A stretch of DNA of 64,000 bases. It comes from Nitrospirota bacterium. GTDB lineage: Bacteria > Nitrospirota > Thermodesulfovibrionia > Thermodesulfovibrionales > JdFR-86. The stretch's first letter is position 1. Each line of letters opens with the position of its first letter. The stretch is taken from assembly GCA_963721805.1 (NCBI GenBank), contig CAVRJY010000001.1, forward strand, positions 1,376,001 through 1,440,000, in the 5' to 3' direction. The notes below the pieces were generated by a model. That model worked only from the letters and a program-made list of their open reading frames with translations, searched no databases and was not told the origin of the DNA. The position numbers were made by a program, and so were the translations under genes. Shown here piece after piece: positions 8,039 to 17,000 of the stretch.

Positions 8039-9562
8039 ATGGGTGAAAATCTCAAGATAATCGCATTTGAAGATGCGGTCACGAAGTGCGCTGCGCTCAA
8101 GTCCGCGGGAAAGACCGTGGTCCTCAGTATCGGCGTATACGACCTGATACACCCAGGCATCATTAACCACGTCTCAGCCGCCAAAAAACAGGGCGATGTC
8201 CTAATTGTCGGCGTCTTGAAGGATCGCTTCGCCAAGATCGGCCCCGGCCGCCCTGTATTCCCCGAAGAATACCGCCTGACGAACGCCGCGGCCCTCAGCG
8301 ACGTGGATTACGCATGCCTGATCGAAAACAACACCCCTTATGAGGCTGTCCACAAGATCCGCCCTAGCGTGTTCGCAAAGGGCGCTGTCGAGCGCGAGCA
8401 CGACATGCTCGTTTACGGCCGCGAGATCGACCGCGAACGGCACGAGTTCGGGGACATACGTCTCGCGGAGACCGACGGTTTCGCGTTTTCGTCCTCGCAC
8501 ATCATAAACAAGCTCCTCGATATCTATCCAGAGCAGACAGCCGCGTATCTTAAGGGCTTCGCCTCGCGCCACGAGTTCGCTGAGATAGCCGAACGCGTCC
8601 ATTCTCTCAAGGACATGAAGGTCCTCCTGATCGGCGATGGGATCATAGACGAGTATCACTATTGCGAGAGCATGAACAAGTCTGCCAAGACCCCGCTGGT
8701 CGTCAACCGCTACCTTTACCACGAGGCCTTCCCCGGCGGTGCGTTCGCGGTCGCGAACCACCTCTCCGGCATATGCGGCGAGGTCCGCCTCGTAAGCCTG
8801 CTTGGCCGCGAGGACTCGCGCGAGGACTACATCCTACACCACCTGAGGCCCAATGTGAGCGCCAAGTTCTTCCTGCGCGAGCACGGCCCGACTATCGTCA
8901 AGAAGCGCTACATCAACGAGGCCCTCAACTGGAAGCTCTTCGAGGTCAACTACATTAACAACGAATACGTGAGCGAACGCGAGGAGGCCGAGATCATCGC
9001 CTACCTTGAGCGCATCATCGGCTCCTACGACCTCGTGATAATCTCAGACTTCGGCCACGGGTTCATCTCGACCCGCATCATGCGCGAAATAGAGAAGCGT
9101 GCGCGCATGCTCGCGATCAACACCCAGACCAACGCGGCCAACGCCGGGTATAACCTTATCACCAAGTACCGAAAGCCGAATTTCGTATGCCTCGACGAGT
9201 CCGAGATCAGGCTCGCATGCCAGGAGCGTTACGATGGGATAGAGAAGATTGCGCGCCGGATGCGCGAGATCATAAGCGCCGACCACCTTATCACGACGCT
9301 CGGCTCGCATGGCTCGATAAGCGTCTCAAAAGACGGGACGGTCACGCTAACCCCGGTTTTCTCGACCAAGGTCATCGATACCATCGGGGCCGGGGACGCT
9401 TTTTTCGCATTTACCGCTCCGTGCCATGCCCGGGGATTCCCGCCGGAACTGGTCTCGTTCATCGGCAACGCTGCCGGGGCGCTCGCGGTGCAGATCGTAG
9501 GCAACTCGCGGCCCGTAGAACGTTACGAACTCCTGGAGTTCATCTACACGATACTTAAATGA
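8039..9562 (+). CDS. Fusion of a nucleotidyltransferase-like domain and a PfkB-family sugar kinase (HldE-like, reversed domain order)
   Basis: N-terminal GVYDLIHPGI...GPGRP...FSSS; C-terminal IGDGIIDEY, PGGA, SDFGHG and the PfkB signature DTIGAGDAF. Confidence 0.85.
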   Translation: MGENLKIIAFEDAVTKCAALKSAGKTVVLSIGVYDLIHPGIINHVSAAKKQGDVLIVGVLKDRFAKIGPGRPVFPEEYRLTNAAALSDVDYACLIENNTPYEAVHKIRPSVFAKGAVEREHDMLVYGREIDRERHEFGDIRLAETDGFAFSSSHIINKLLDIYPEQTAAYLKGFASRHEFAEIAERVHSLKDMKVLLIGDGIIDEYHYCESMNKSAKTPLVVNRYLYHEAFPGGAFAVANHLSGICGEVRLVSLLGREDSREDYILHHLRPNVSAKFFLREHGPTIVKKRYINEALNWKLFEVNYINNEYVSEREEAEIIAYLERIIGSYDLVIISDFGHGFISTRIMREIEKRARMLAINTQTNAANAGYNLITKYRKPNFVCLDESEIRLACQERYDGIEKIARRMREIISADHLITTLGSHGSISVSKDGTVTLTPVFSTKVIDTIGAGDAFFAFTAPCHARGFPPELVSFIGNAAGALAVQIVGNSRPVERYELLEFIYTILK

Positions 9563-10629
9563 GCGACCGCTACGGTATCGACAGCCACAAGCTCATGTAC
9601 CACCCCAAGCGCGTGAGCGAATGGCTTGCGGGTGCGCTCGTATACCCCATCTACATGGAGCTGTCACCCTCCGGGGTCTGCAACCACCGCTGCGAGTTCT
9701 GCGGCCTAGATTTCATGGAATACCAGAGCCGTTATCTCGACACAAATGTGCTAAAGGAACGCCTGATCGAGATGGGTTCTCTGGGCGTCAGGGCCATTAT
9801 GTTCGGCGGCGAGGGCGAGCCCTTCATGCACCGAGACATGGCCGGGCTGATCCTCCACACAAAAGCATCGGGAATCGATGTCGCTATGACCACAAATGGC
9901 GTGCTCTTTACCCCCCAGCGCTCAGAGCCCACGCTTGGCGCACTGGAATGGTTAAAGGTGAGTATCGCGGCAGGGACTGCGGATACATACGCCCGGCTGC
10001 ATAACACAAAGGCGGCTGACTTCGACCGTGTGATCGAGAACATGGAGCACGCAGCGCGTTTCAAGGCCGCCAATGGGCTTAATTGCACGCTAGGGATGCA
10101 GATGCTCCTGTTGCCGGACAACCAGGCCGAGGCCGCAGCGCTCGCGCGCATCGCCCGCAAGATAGGAATGGATTACCTCGTTATAAAGCCTTACTCACAG
10201 CACCCGCAGAGCAAGACCCGCCAGTACAGCGAGATCAGCTATCAGGATGCCGAGCTGCTGGCCTCGGAGCTTGCGGAGTTTAATAGCGAGACCTTCAGCG
10301 TGATCTTTCGCGCTCGCGCGATGGCAAAATGGGACGACTCCTCGCGGCCGTACGGCCGGTGCCTCGCGCTCCCGTTTTGGTCCTATATAGACGCGGGGGG
10401 CAACGTCTGGGGCTGTAGCGTCTATCTCCGCGACGAGAGGTTCCTATATGGCAATATCTACGAAAATACGTTTAAGGAGATCTGGGAGGGCCCGCGAAGG
10501 CTCAAGTCACTCCTTTGGGTCGAGCAGGAGATGGACGCACGGGGCTGCAGGGTCAACTGCCGGATGGACGAGATCAACCGCTACCTATGGGGCCTGAGAC
10601 GTCCGCCCGAACATGTCAACTTCATATGA
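9559..10629 (+). CDS. Radical SAM enzyme with a C-terminal twitch/SPASM-like Cys domain (paralog 1)
   Basis: CNHRCEFC, GGEGEP, C-terminal CLALPF...GNVWGC...GNIYENTFKEIW...CRVNC. Confidence 0.9.
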   Translation: MSDRYGIDSHKLMYHPKRVSEWLAGALVYPIYMELSPSGVCNHRCEFCGLDFMEYQSRYLDTNVLKERLIEMGSLGVRAIMFGGEGEPFMHRDMAGLILHTKASGIDVAMTTNGVLFTPQRSEPTLGALEWLKVSIAAGTADTYARLHNTKAADFDRVIENMEHAARFKAANGLNCTLGMQMLLLPDNQAEAAALARIARKIGMDYLVIKPYSQHPQSKTRQYSEISYQDAELLASELAEFNSETFSVIFRARAMAKWDDSSRPYGRCLALPFWSYIDAGGNVWGCSVYLRDERFLYGNIYENTFKEIWEGPRRLKSLLWVEQEMDARGCRVNCRMDEINRYLWGLRRPPEHVNFI

Positions 10630-10724
10630 GCTATCCATCGCCGTTGAAGGTGAAGGAGCACGACCTATCCTTCGTTAGGTCAGCCGATGAAATGGCAATA
10701 AGGCTTGTGAATAATGGGCAATAA
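10626..10724 (+). CDS. Possible 32-aa mini-ORF or gene remnant (MSYPSPLKVKEHDLSFVRSADEMAIRLVNNGQ)
   Basis: ATG overlaps the radical SAM stop (ATGA); its stop lies 11 nt inside the transketolase start, so it spans the gap exactly. Confidence 0.3.
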   Translation: MSYPSPLKVKEHDLSFVRSADEMAIRLVNNGQ

Positions 10725-11547
10725 GCATAGCGAACTCGAGCGCATGGCCGAAGCGGTCAGGCGTGACGTACTGCAGATCGCCTGCAGCGCCCGGAGCGCG
10801 CACGTGGGCTCATCGCTTTCATGCGTCGATCTCGTCGTGGCGCTATATTTCGACGAGATGCGCATTGATAAGCACGACTGGGCAAACCGCGACATCTTCA
10901 TCATGAGCAAGGGCCATGCCGCAATGGCGCTATACAGCACATTAACCGCACGCGGGCTCATGAGCCGAAAGACCCTGCTTGGCTACATGAAAGACAATGG
11001 CACCCTTCCCGCGCATCTCGACCGCTTCACTGCCAGGGGCATCGAGGTCTCGGCGGGCTCGCTCGGCCACGGCATCTGTATCGGGGCAGGGATGGCGCAC
11101 GCCTTAAAGCTCCGCGGACAAAACCCGGAACAGACGCGCCGCGTCTTCGTGCTGATCGGCGATGGCGAGAGTGAGGAGGGCTCGGTGTGGGAGACAGCGC
11201 TTTTCGCATCGAAGCTCAAGCTAGACAACCTTACAGTGCTTGTGGACTACAATAACCTGCAGGGGTACGGCCGGCCCCGCGAGCTTTGCTCATACGAGCC
11301 GGTCGAGGACAAGTGGCGCGCCTTCGGCTGGGAGGCGGTGCGGGCCGACGGCCATGACTTCCCCTCGATCCGCCGCGCGCTTCGGTTTCCCCACAGCGGC
11401 AGGCCCAAGGTCATCGTAGCCGATACGACAAAGGGCAAGGGCGTCCCGTTTATGGAGGACGAGATGAAGTGGCACTACTTCATCGTAACGGACGAGCTGA
11501 GGGAAGAGGCCATGGCCCACCTGTGCAGGTTTAATAATGCGAAATAG
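10714..11547 (+). CDS. Transketolase N-terminal (ThDP-binding) subunit
   Basis: HVGSSLS, SKGHAA, GSLGHG, GDGE...N ThDP motif, DGHD, TTKGKG. Confidence 0.92.
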   Translation: MGNKHSELERMAEAVRRDVLQIACSARSAHVGSSLSCVDLVVALYFDEMRIDKHDWANRDIFIMSKGHAAMALYSTLTARGLMSRKTLLGYMKDNGTLPAHLDRFTARGIEVSAGSLGHGICIGAGMAHALKLRGQNPEQTRRVFVLIGDGESEEGSVWETALFASKLKLDNLTVLVDYNNLQGYGRPRELCSYEPVEDKWRAFGWEAVRADGHDFPSIRRALRFPHSGRPKVIVADTTKGKGVPFMEDEMKWHYFIVTDELREEAMAHLCRFNNAK

Positions 11548-12442
11548 CGTAATCAACGCGATAACCGCACGCGCACGCAGGGACAAGCGCATATTCCTGA
11601 TAACCGGCGACGCCGGTTACGGGGTGCTCGACGAATTCAAGACATTATTCCCCGGCCGTTTCCTGAACCTCGGCGTGGCCGAGCAAAACATGATCGGTTT
11701 CGCCGCGGGGCTATCGCTGAGCGGCTACAAGGTCTTCGTCTATAACATCGTGCCTTTCGTCCTGTATCGCTGCTATGAGCAGGTCCGAAACGACATATGC
11801 TACCAGGCGCTCCCCGTGACGCTAATAGGCATAGGAAGCGGGGTCACGTACTCACCGCAGGGCATGACTCATTATTCGGTCGAAGACATCGCGATAGCGC
11901 GCACGATGCCCAACCTCACGGTCCTTTCACCAGCGGACCCGCTTGAGGCCATTGCGGCGGCCGGTCACGCGATTAAGAGCAAGGCCCCGGTCTACATCCG
12001 CATCGCCAAGAGCGGCGAGCCGTCCATCCATAACTCTCCGGTCAAGGACGTCACGAAGCCGATTAAGGTCGCAGACGGCGAGGGCGTGGCCGTGATGTTT
12101 CATGGTTCGGTGAGCACGGAGGTCCTGACCGCCCTTGAGGGCATTAAGCGCCAGCCGCTGGTGCTTTCCGTGCCGATGCTCCAGCCAATGGACTTCAGAT
12201 CCCTGGCCCGGGCGCTTAAGGGCATACACACGGTTATCACTGTGGAGGAGCACTTCCGCGAGGGCGGACTCGGATCGATCCTCGCCGAGTGGATAGTGCG
12301 CGACGGTCTCCCGATACGGCTACGCAAACTCGGCATAAATAACGAGGTCATCCACGCCATTCGCAACAACGCAGGAATGCGCGAGCAGTATGGATTTTCC
12401 TCGGGAGCGATAAGGTCGGCGGTGGCCGAGGCCTACAAATGA
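11537..12442 (+). CDS. Transketolase C-terminal subunit
   Basis: NLGVAEQNMIG, YEQVRND, GMTH, VYIR, TVEEH...GGLGS. Confidence 0.92.
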   Translation: MRNSVINAITARARRDKRIFLITGDAGYGVLDEFKTLFPGRFLNLGVAEQNMIGFAAGLSLSGYKVFVYNIVPFVLYRCYEQVRNDICYQALPVTLIGIGSGVTYSPQGMTHYSVEDIAIARTMPNLTVLSPADPLEAIAAAGHAIKSKAPVYIRIAKSGEPSIHNSPVKDVTKPIKVADGEGVAVMFHGSVSTEVLTALEGIKRQPLVLSVPMLQPMDFRSLARALKGIHTVITVEEHFREGGLGSILAEWIVRDGLPIRLRKLGINNEVIHAIRNNAGMREQYGFSSGAIRSAVAEAYK

Positions 12443-13545
12443 GCGGCGCGATAATCCTCGACGGCCATAAGCTCGCGTGGCACCGCGACCGCATCGAGGC
12501 ATGGCTGCGCGGAGAGCGCATCGCGCCTATCACGATAGACATGGCCCTGACCAGAAAGTGCGGCTACAGCTGCGTCTACTGCTACGGACAGCTCCAGCAA
12601 AACGACGAAAAACTGATGACCCGCGAGGTGATCTTCCGCTTCCTCGACGACGCGGCCGAGATCGGGGTCAAGGCGATAAGCCTCGTCTCGGACGGCGAGA
12701 GCACATGCTCGCCTCATCTCTATGATGCGATCCTGCGGGGCCGCGCCAACGGGCTGGACATGGCGTTAGGGACGAACGGATACCTGCTGGACGACGCTCG
12801 GCTGCCCGAGATCCTCCCGGCGCTTACATACCTGAGGTTCAACATTTCGGCTGCCGACCCGAAGCGCTACGCCGAGATCCACGGCTGCGCCGAGAAGTGC
12901 TACCACAAGGTGATCGGCACTATAAGAAAATGCGTCGAGCTGAAACGCGTGAAATGCCACGACGTGACGCTAGGGCTGCAGATGGTGCTCATGCCGGAGT
13001 TCAAGGACCAGATCATCCCGCTTGCGGCCCTGGGCCGGGAACTCGGGGTGGACTACCTCGTTATCAAGCACTGTAGCGACGACGAGCACGGCTCGCTCGG
13101 AGTGGACTACGAAAAATATAACACTCTGGTCGGGCTCCTGAAGGAGGCCGAGGGCTATTCAACAGGCAGCTACATGGTGCGCGCCAAGTGGTCCAAGATC
13201 CTTTCGGGCGGCAAACGCGCATACTCCCGTTGCTATGGTCCCCCGTTTATTATGCAGCTCTCGGGCTCAGGGCTCGTGGCCCCATGCGGGATGCTCTTTA
13301 ACGATAAGTACAAGAAATACCATATCGGCAACATAGCCGAGACCTCGTTTAAGGAGCTCTGGCAGTCAGAGCGCTACTGGGAGGTTATCAGGCTGATATC
13401 AGGCGGCCAATTCGACGCGCGCACGATGTGCGGCTCGCTCTGCCTGCAGCACAAGGTCAACGAGTGCCTGTGGGATATCAAGCAAAATGGCGCCGCTTTG
13501 CCGGCTGCCGAGGGCGAGCCTCCGATCCATTTAAATTTCATATGA
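12439..13545 (+). CDS. Radical SAM enzyme with a C-terminal twitch/SPASM-like Cys domain (paralog 2)
   Basis: CGYSCVYC, SDGES, C-terminal CYGPPF...GLVAPC...GNIAETSFKELW...CGSLC. Confidence 0.9.
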   Translation: MSGAIILDGHKLAWHRDRIEAWLRGERIAPITIDMALTRKCGYSCVYCYGQLQQNDEKLMTREVIFRFLDDAAEIGVKAISLVSDGESTCSPHLYDAILRGRANGLDMALGTNGYLLDDARLPEILPALTYLRFNISAADPKRYAEIHGCAEKCYHKVIGTIRKCVELKRVKCHDVTLGLQMVLMPEFKDQIIPLAALGRELGVDYLVIKHCSDDEHGSLGVDYEKYNTLVGLLKEAEGYSTGSYMVRAKWSKILSGGKRAYSRCYGPPFIMQLSGSGLVAPCGMLFNDKYKKYHIGNIAETSFKELWQSERYWEVIRLISGGQFDARTMCGSLCLQHKVNECLWDIKQNGAALPAAEGEPPIHLNFI

Positions 13546-13604
13546 CACCCGCACCGATATCCGTTATAATATCCCAACTCGATTAAACCTTCAGGAGGAC
13601 AGAA

Positions 13605-14183
13605 ATGTACAGATTGACTGCGGGACGCCTGATTGGCCTGATCGGCCTGATAGTCATGCTTGCTATCCCGATGGCCGCGCTGGCCGGGGACGAGCGGCTC
13701 GTAGACAGCAAGGATTACAAGGATAAGGATTTCCATAAGGGCATTATCACTGATTATTCCGACATGGTCAAGGGCGACGAGGTCGAGTGGTTATGGGTCG
13801 AAAAGGGCGTCGATCTCGCCGATTACAAAATATCGGTCGAGGGCATCGCTAACAAGTCAGACGAGCGCAGCCGCTCGATGGTCGAGGACGTAGAGCACAC
13901 CTTTAAGGCCACGTTTGACGACATGGACGTCAAAAAGCCAAAAGGAACTTTGAAGGCTAGTCTCGGCATATATGAGGCCGAGCCTTTCAACCCCGGCAAG
14001 GCCTGGATACCGTTCGTAGGGGGCCACCAGATGCAGGCAGGTATCGGGGTCGAGATGGTCCTGACCGACTCAGGCGGCAAGGTCGTGGCGAAGCTCAGGG
14101 ACTTTGAGCGCGAGGGCGCCAGGATCGAGGAAGCCGCTCAGGAGGTCGCCAACCATTACTCAAAATTCGTCGCACGCCATTAG
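13605..14183 (+). CDS. Exported hypothetical protein (possibly DUF4410-like)
   Basis: Sec signal peptide ending ALA; AGGAGG RBS; TATAAT upstream; followed by a terminator. Confidence 0.7.
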   Translation: MYRLTAGRLIGLIGLIVMLAIPMAALAGDERLVDSKDYKDKDFHKGIITDYSDMVKGDEVEWLWVEKGVDLADYKISVEGIANKSDERSRSMVEDVEHTFKATFDDMDVKKPKGTLKASLGIYEAEPFNPGKAWIPFVGGHQMQAGIGVEMVLTDSGGKVVAKLRDFEREGARIEEAAQEVANHYSKFVARH

Positions 14184-14199
14184 ATTTTATTGATTATCC

Positions 14200-14237
14200 G
14201 GCCCCTTGCGGCGCCTACCACAAGGGGCCTTTCATTT
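14200..14237 (+). terminator. Probable intrinsic terminator
   Basis: GGCCCCTTG (14200-14208) / CAAGGGGCC (14221-14229) stem followed by TTTCATTT. Confidence 0.65.
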
Positions 14238-14288
14238 CCCGGCCCGGCTTAATTGAAAATGTCCCTTCCGCCAATCTAAACTATTAAG

Positions 14289-17000
14289 ATGTCTTTCGAT
14301 GAACTGGTAATCCGGGGCGCAAAACAGAACAACCTCAAAAACCTGACCCTTACCCTGCCACACGACCGCGTAATCGTTGTCACGGGGGTTTCGGGCTCGG
14401 GCAAGTCCACGCTCGCGTTCGAGACCGTGTTCGCCGAGGGCCAGTGGAGATTCATCGAGTCGCTCTCGACGTATGCGCGCCTCTTCCTCGAAAAGCTCGA
14501 CCGTCCGGACGTGGACGCGATAGAAAACATCCGCCCCGCCATCGCGCTTGAGCAGCGCAACCCCGTGCGCGGCTCGCGCTCGACGGTCGGCACGCTCACC
14601 GAGCTTTACGATTACCTCCGCCTGCTCTATGCCAAGGTCTCGACCCCATATTGCCCTCACTGCGGCAAGGAGGTCCGAAGCTGGGACCCCTCTGCAGTAG
14701 TCGCCCATCTGGCCGAGCACTATGGCGGCGCGAAGGCGCTCGTCGTGTTTCGCTCCGAGGACGACCGCGCCGCGCTTAAGCGCAAGGGTTTTCACCGCCT
14801 GCTCAAAGACGGCGTGGCGCTTCCGATCGATGAGGCCGGATCGCTGAAGCCGCCCTATGACGTCGTCTTGGATCGCCTCGTGGTGCGCAACGAGCCTAGG
14901 CTCGCCGACTCGATCGAGATGGCCATGCGCGAGGGCCGGGGGAACATGACCATCATGATCATCGACGGCCCGGAGCTCCGGTTCGGCACCGGGCTGCGCT
15001 GTGACGACTGCGACGCCGCGTTCGTAGATCCCACGCCTCTTCTGTTCTCATTCAACCACCCCGTCGGCGCTTGCCCTGAGTGCAAGGGGTTCGGAAACGT
15101 GCTTCTTTACGACGAATCCCTCATAATCCCGGACCCGGAGCTCTCTATCGCGGAGGGCGCGATAGAGCCGTGGGAAAAGCCTGTCTCGCTATGGTGGAAA
15201 AAGCAGCTGCTCAAGGCCGCAAAGAGCCTCGGCATTCCGACCCGCACGCCGTTTAAGGACCTCTCGGCAGAGCATAAAAAAATGCTCTATAAGGGCGCGA
15301 AGGGTTTTTACGGCATAGACGACTTCTTCGAAGAGCTCGAAGGCAAGCGCTACAAACTCCATGTCCGCGTCTTCCTCTCGAGGTACCGCAAGGGGCACAT
15401 ATGCACCGCTTGCGGGGGCAAGCGGCTGAGGCCCGAGGCCCTCGCGTTTCGGATCGGAGAGCTGGACATCGCGGATATGTGCGGCAAGCCGGTATCGGAC
15501 CTGAGGACGATATTCAGCGAGCCGGACCTGAGCCCGCACCAGCGCGAGATCGCAAAGGAAATACTCAGGCAGATCGACCGCAAGCTCGATTTCCTCGACA
15601 GGGTGGGGCTTGGATACCTGACCCCGATGCGCGAGGGTAAGACGCTCTCGGGCGGCGAGTTTCAGCGCGTGAACCTCTCTAACCAGCTCGCATCGCGCCT
15701 GACAGGGACGATCTATGTGTTGGACGAGCCGACGGTCGGCCTCCATAAGCGTGACACCGAACGCGTGGCCGAGATCATGGCCGAACTCGCCGAGATCGGC
15801 AATACCGTGATGGTGGTCGAACATGACACCGACATCATCCGCGCCTCTGACTGGGTCGTTGAGCTTGGCCCGGCCGGCGGCGAGGACGGCGGCAACCTTA
15901 TCTTCTCCGGGCCGAGGGATGAGTTCATCGAGTCCAACACCCTGACCGCGCGTTATGTAAACGGCAGGGCTGCAACCGCCTCGCGCCGGATCAGGAGGCG
16001 CTCTAAGCGCTCGGTCGTGATCGAGGGCGCCACCGGCAATAACCTCAAAAACGCACGCCTCTCAGTGCCGCTCGGCACGTTGACCGTAGTCACGGGCGTC
16101 TCGGGCTCTGGCAAGAGCACGCTTGTCGTCGAAACACTGTATAACGCCCTCGCGCGGGAGCTTAAGGTAGAGATGGAGAGCCCGCTCCCATTCAAAAAAC
16201 TGCATGGGCATGATCAGCTAAGCTCAGTTAAACTCATTGACCAGGCCCCTATCGGCCGCACGCCGAGGTCGAACCCTGTCACTTACCTCAAGATATTCGA
16301 CCCGATCCGCAAGGTATTTTCGGACACGCCAGAGGCTCGGGCTAATGGGTACGGGCCGGGATTTTTCTCGTTCAATGTCGAAGGGGGCCGCTGCCCGGCC
16401 TGCAAGGGGGAGGGCTACCAGAAGCTCGAAATGTACTTCTTCGAGGACCTCTACGTGAAGTGCGAGGTGTGCGACGGCAAGCGTTTTGGCCCCGATGCCC
16501 TTTCGATCAAGTACCTGGGCAAGGACATCCACGAGGTCCTGCAGCTTACCGTGGACGAGGCGATAAGGCTGTTTTCGGCGCATAGGCAGGTCAGGACGCG
16601 GCTCGAGCTTTTAAGCGACGTGGGGCTTGGATACCTGCGGCTCGGCCAGCCAGCCACGACCCTCTCTGGCGGCGAGGCTCAGAGGCTCAAGATATGCGCC
16701 GAGCTTGGCTCCGGCCGCGTAAGCGACGTACTGTTCATACTCGACGAGCCGACCGTGGGCCTCCACCCAAAGGACATCGGCGAACTCCTGGACGTGCTTA
16801 ACAGGCTCGTGGACGCCGGAAATACCGTGCTCGTGATCGAGCACAACCTTGACGTCGTGATGGCCGCCGACTGGGTGATAGACCTTGGCCCGGAGGGCGG
16901 CGAGGCCGGCGGCGAGGTGATTTTCGAGGGCTCCCCTGAGAAACTCTCGCAGTGCAAGCGCTCTTATACCGGGCACTATATGAAGGGTCGGTTCGCTTGA
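14289..17000 (+). CDS. uvrA: Excinuclease ABC subunit A (UvrA family; may be a second paralog)
   Basis: Two GVSGSGKS Walker A motifs, LSGGE signatures, DEPTVGLH, several CxxC zinc sites. Confidence 0.93.
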   Translation: MSFDELVIRGAKQNNLKNLTLTLPHDRVIVVTGVSGSGKSTLAFETVFAEGQWRFIESLSTYARLFLEKLDRPDVDAIENIRPAIALEQRNPVRGSRSTVGTLTELYDYLRLLYAKVSTPYCPHCGKEVRSWDPSAVVAHLAEHYGGAKALVVFRSEDDRAALKRKGFHRLLKDGVALPIDEAGSLKPPYDVVLDRLVVRNEPRLADSIEMAMREGRGNMTIMIIDGPELRFGTGLRCDDCDAAFVDPTPLLFSFNHPVGACPECKGFGNVLLYDESLIIPDPELSIAEGAIEPWEKPVSLWWKKQLLKAAKSLGIPTRTPFKDLSAEHKKMLYKGAKGFYGIDDFFEELEGKRYKLHVRVFLSRYRKGHICTACGGKRLRPEALAFRIGELDIADMCGKPVSDLRTIFSEPDLSPHQREIAKEILRQIDRKLDFLDRVGLGYLTPMREGKTLSGGEFQRVNLSNQLASRLTGTIYVLDEPTVGLHKRDTERVAEIMAELAEIGNTVMVVEHDTDIIRASDWVVELGPAGGEDGGNLIFSGPRDEFIESNTLTARYVNGRAATASRRIRRRSKRSVVIEGATGNNLKNARLSVPLGTLTVVTGVSGSGKSTLVVETLYNALARELKVEMESPLPFKKLHGHDQLSSVKLIDQAPIGRTPRSNPVTYLKIFDPIRKVFSDTPEARANGYGPGFFSFNVEGGRCPACKGEGYQKLEMYFFEDLYVKCEVCDGKRFGPDALSIKYLGKDIHEVLQLTVDEAIRLFSAHRQVRTRLELLSDVGLGYLRLGQPATTLSGGEAQRLKICAELGSGRVSDVLFILDEPTVGLHPKDIGELLDVLNRLVDAGNTVLVIEHNLDVVMAADWVIDLGPEGGEAGGEVIFEGSPEKLSQCKRSYTGHYMKGRFA

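Noticed and set aside
9559..13545. RiPP interpretation of the radical SAM pair plus mini-ORF
   Set aside because: No RRE/PqqD domain, peptidase or exporter is visible, and all neighbours are sugar enzymes.
14289..17000. UvrA-like drug-resistance protein protecting against the cluster product
   Set aside because: Separated from the cluster by another gene and a terminator, has its own promoter, and is coupled to queE. Nothing links it to the cluster.
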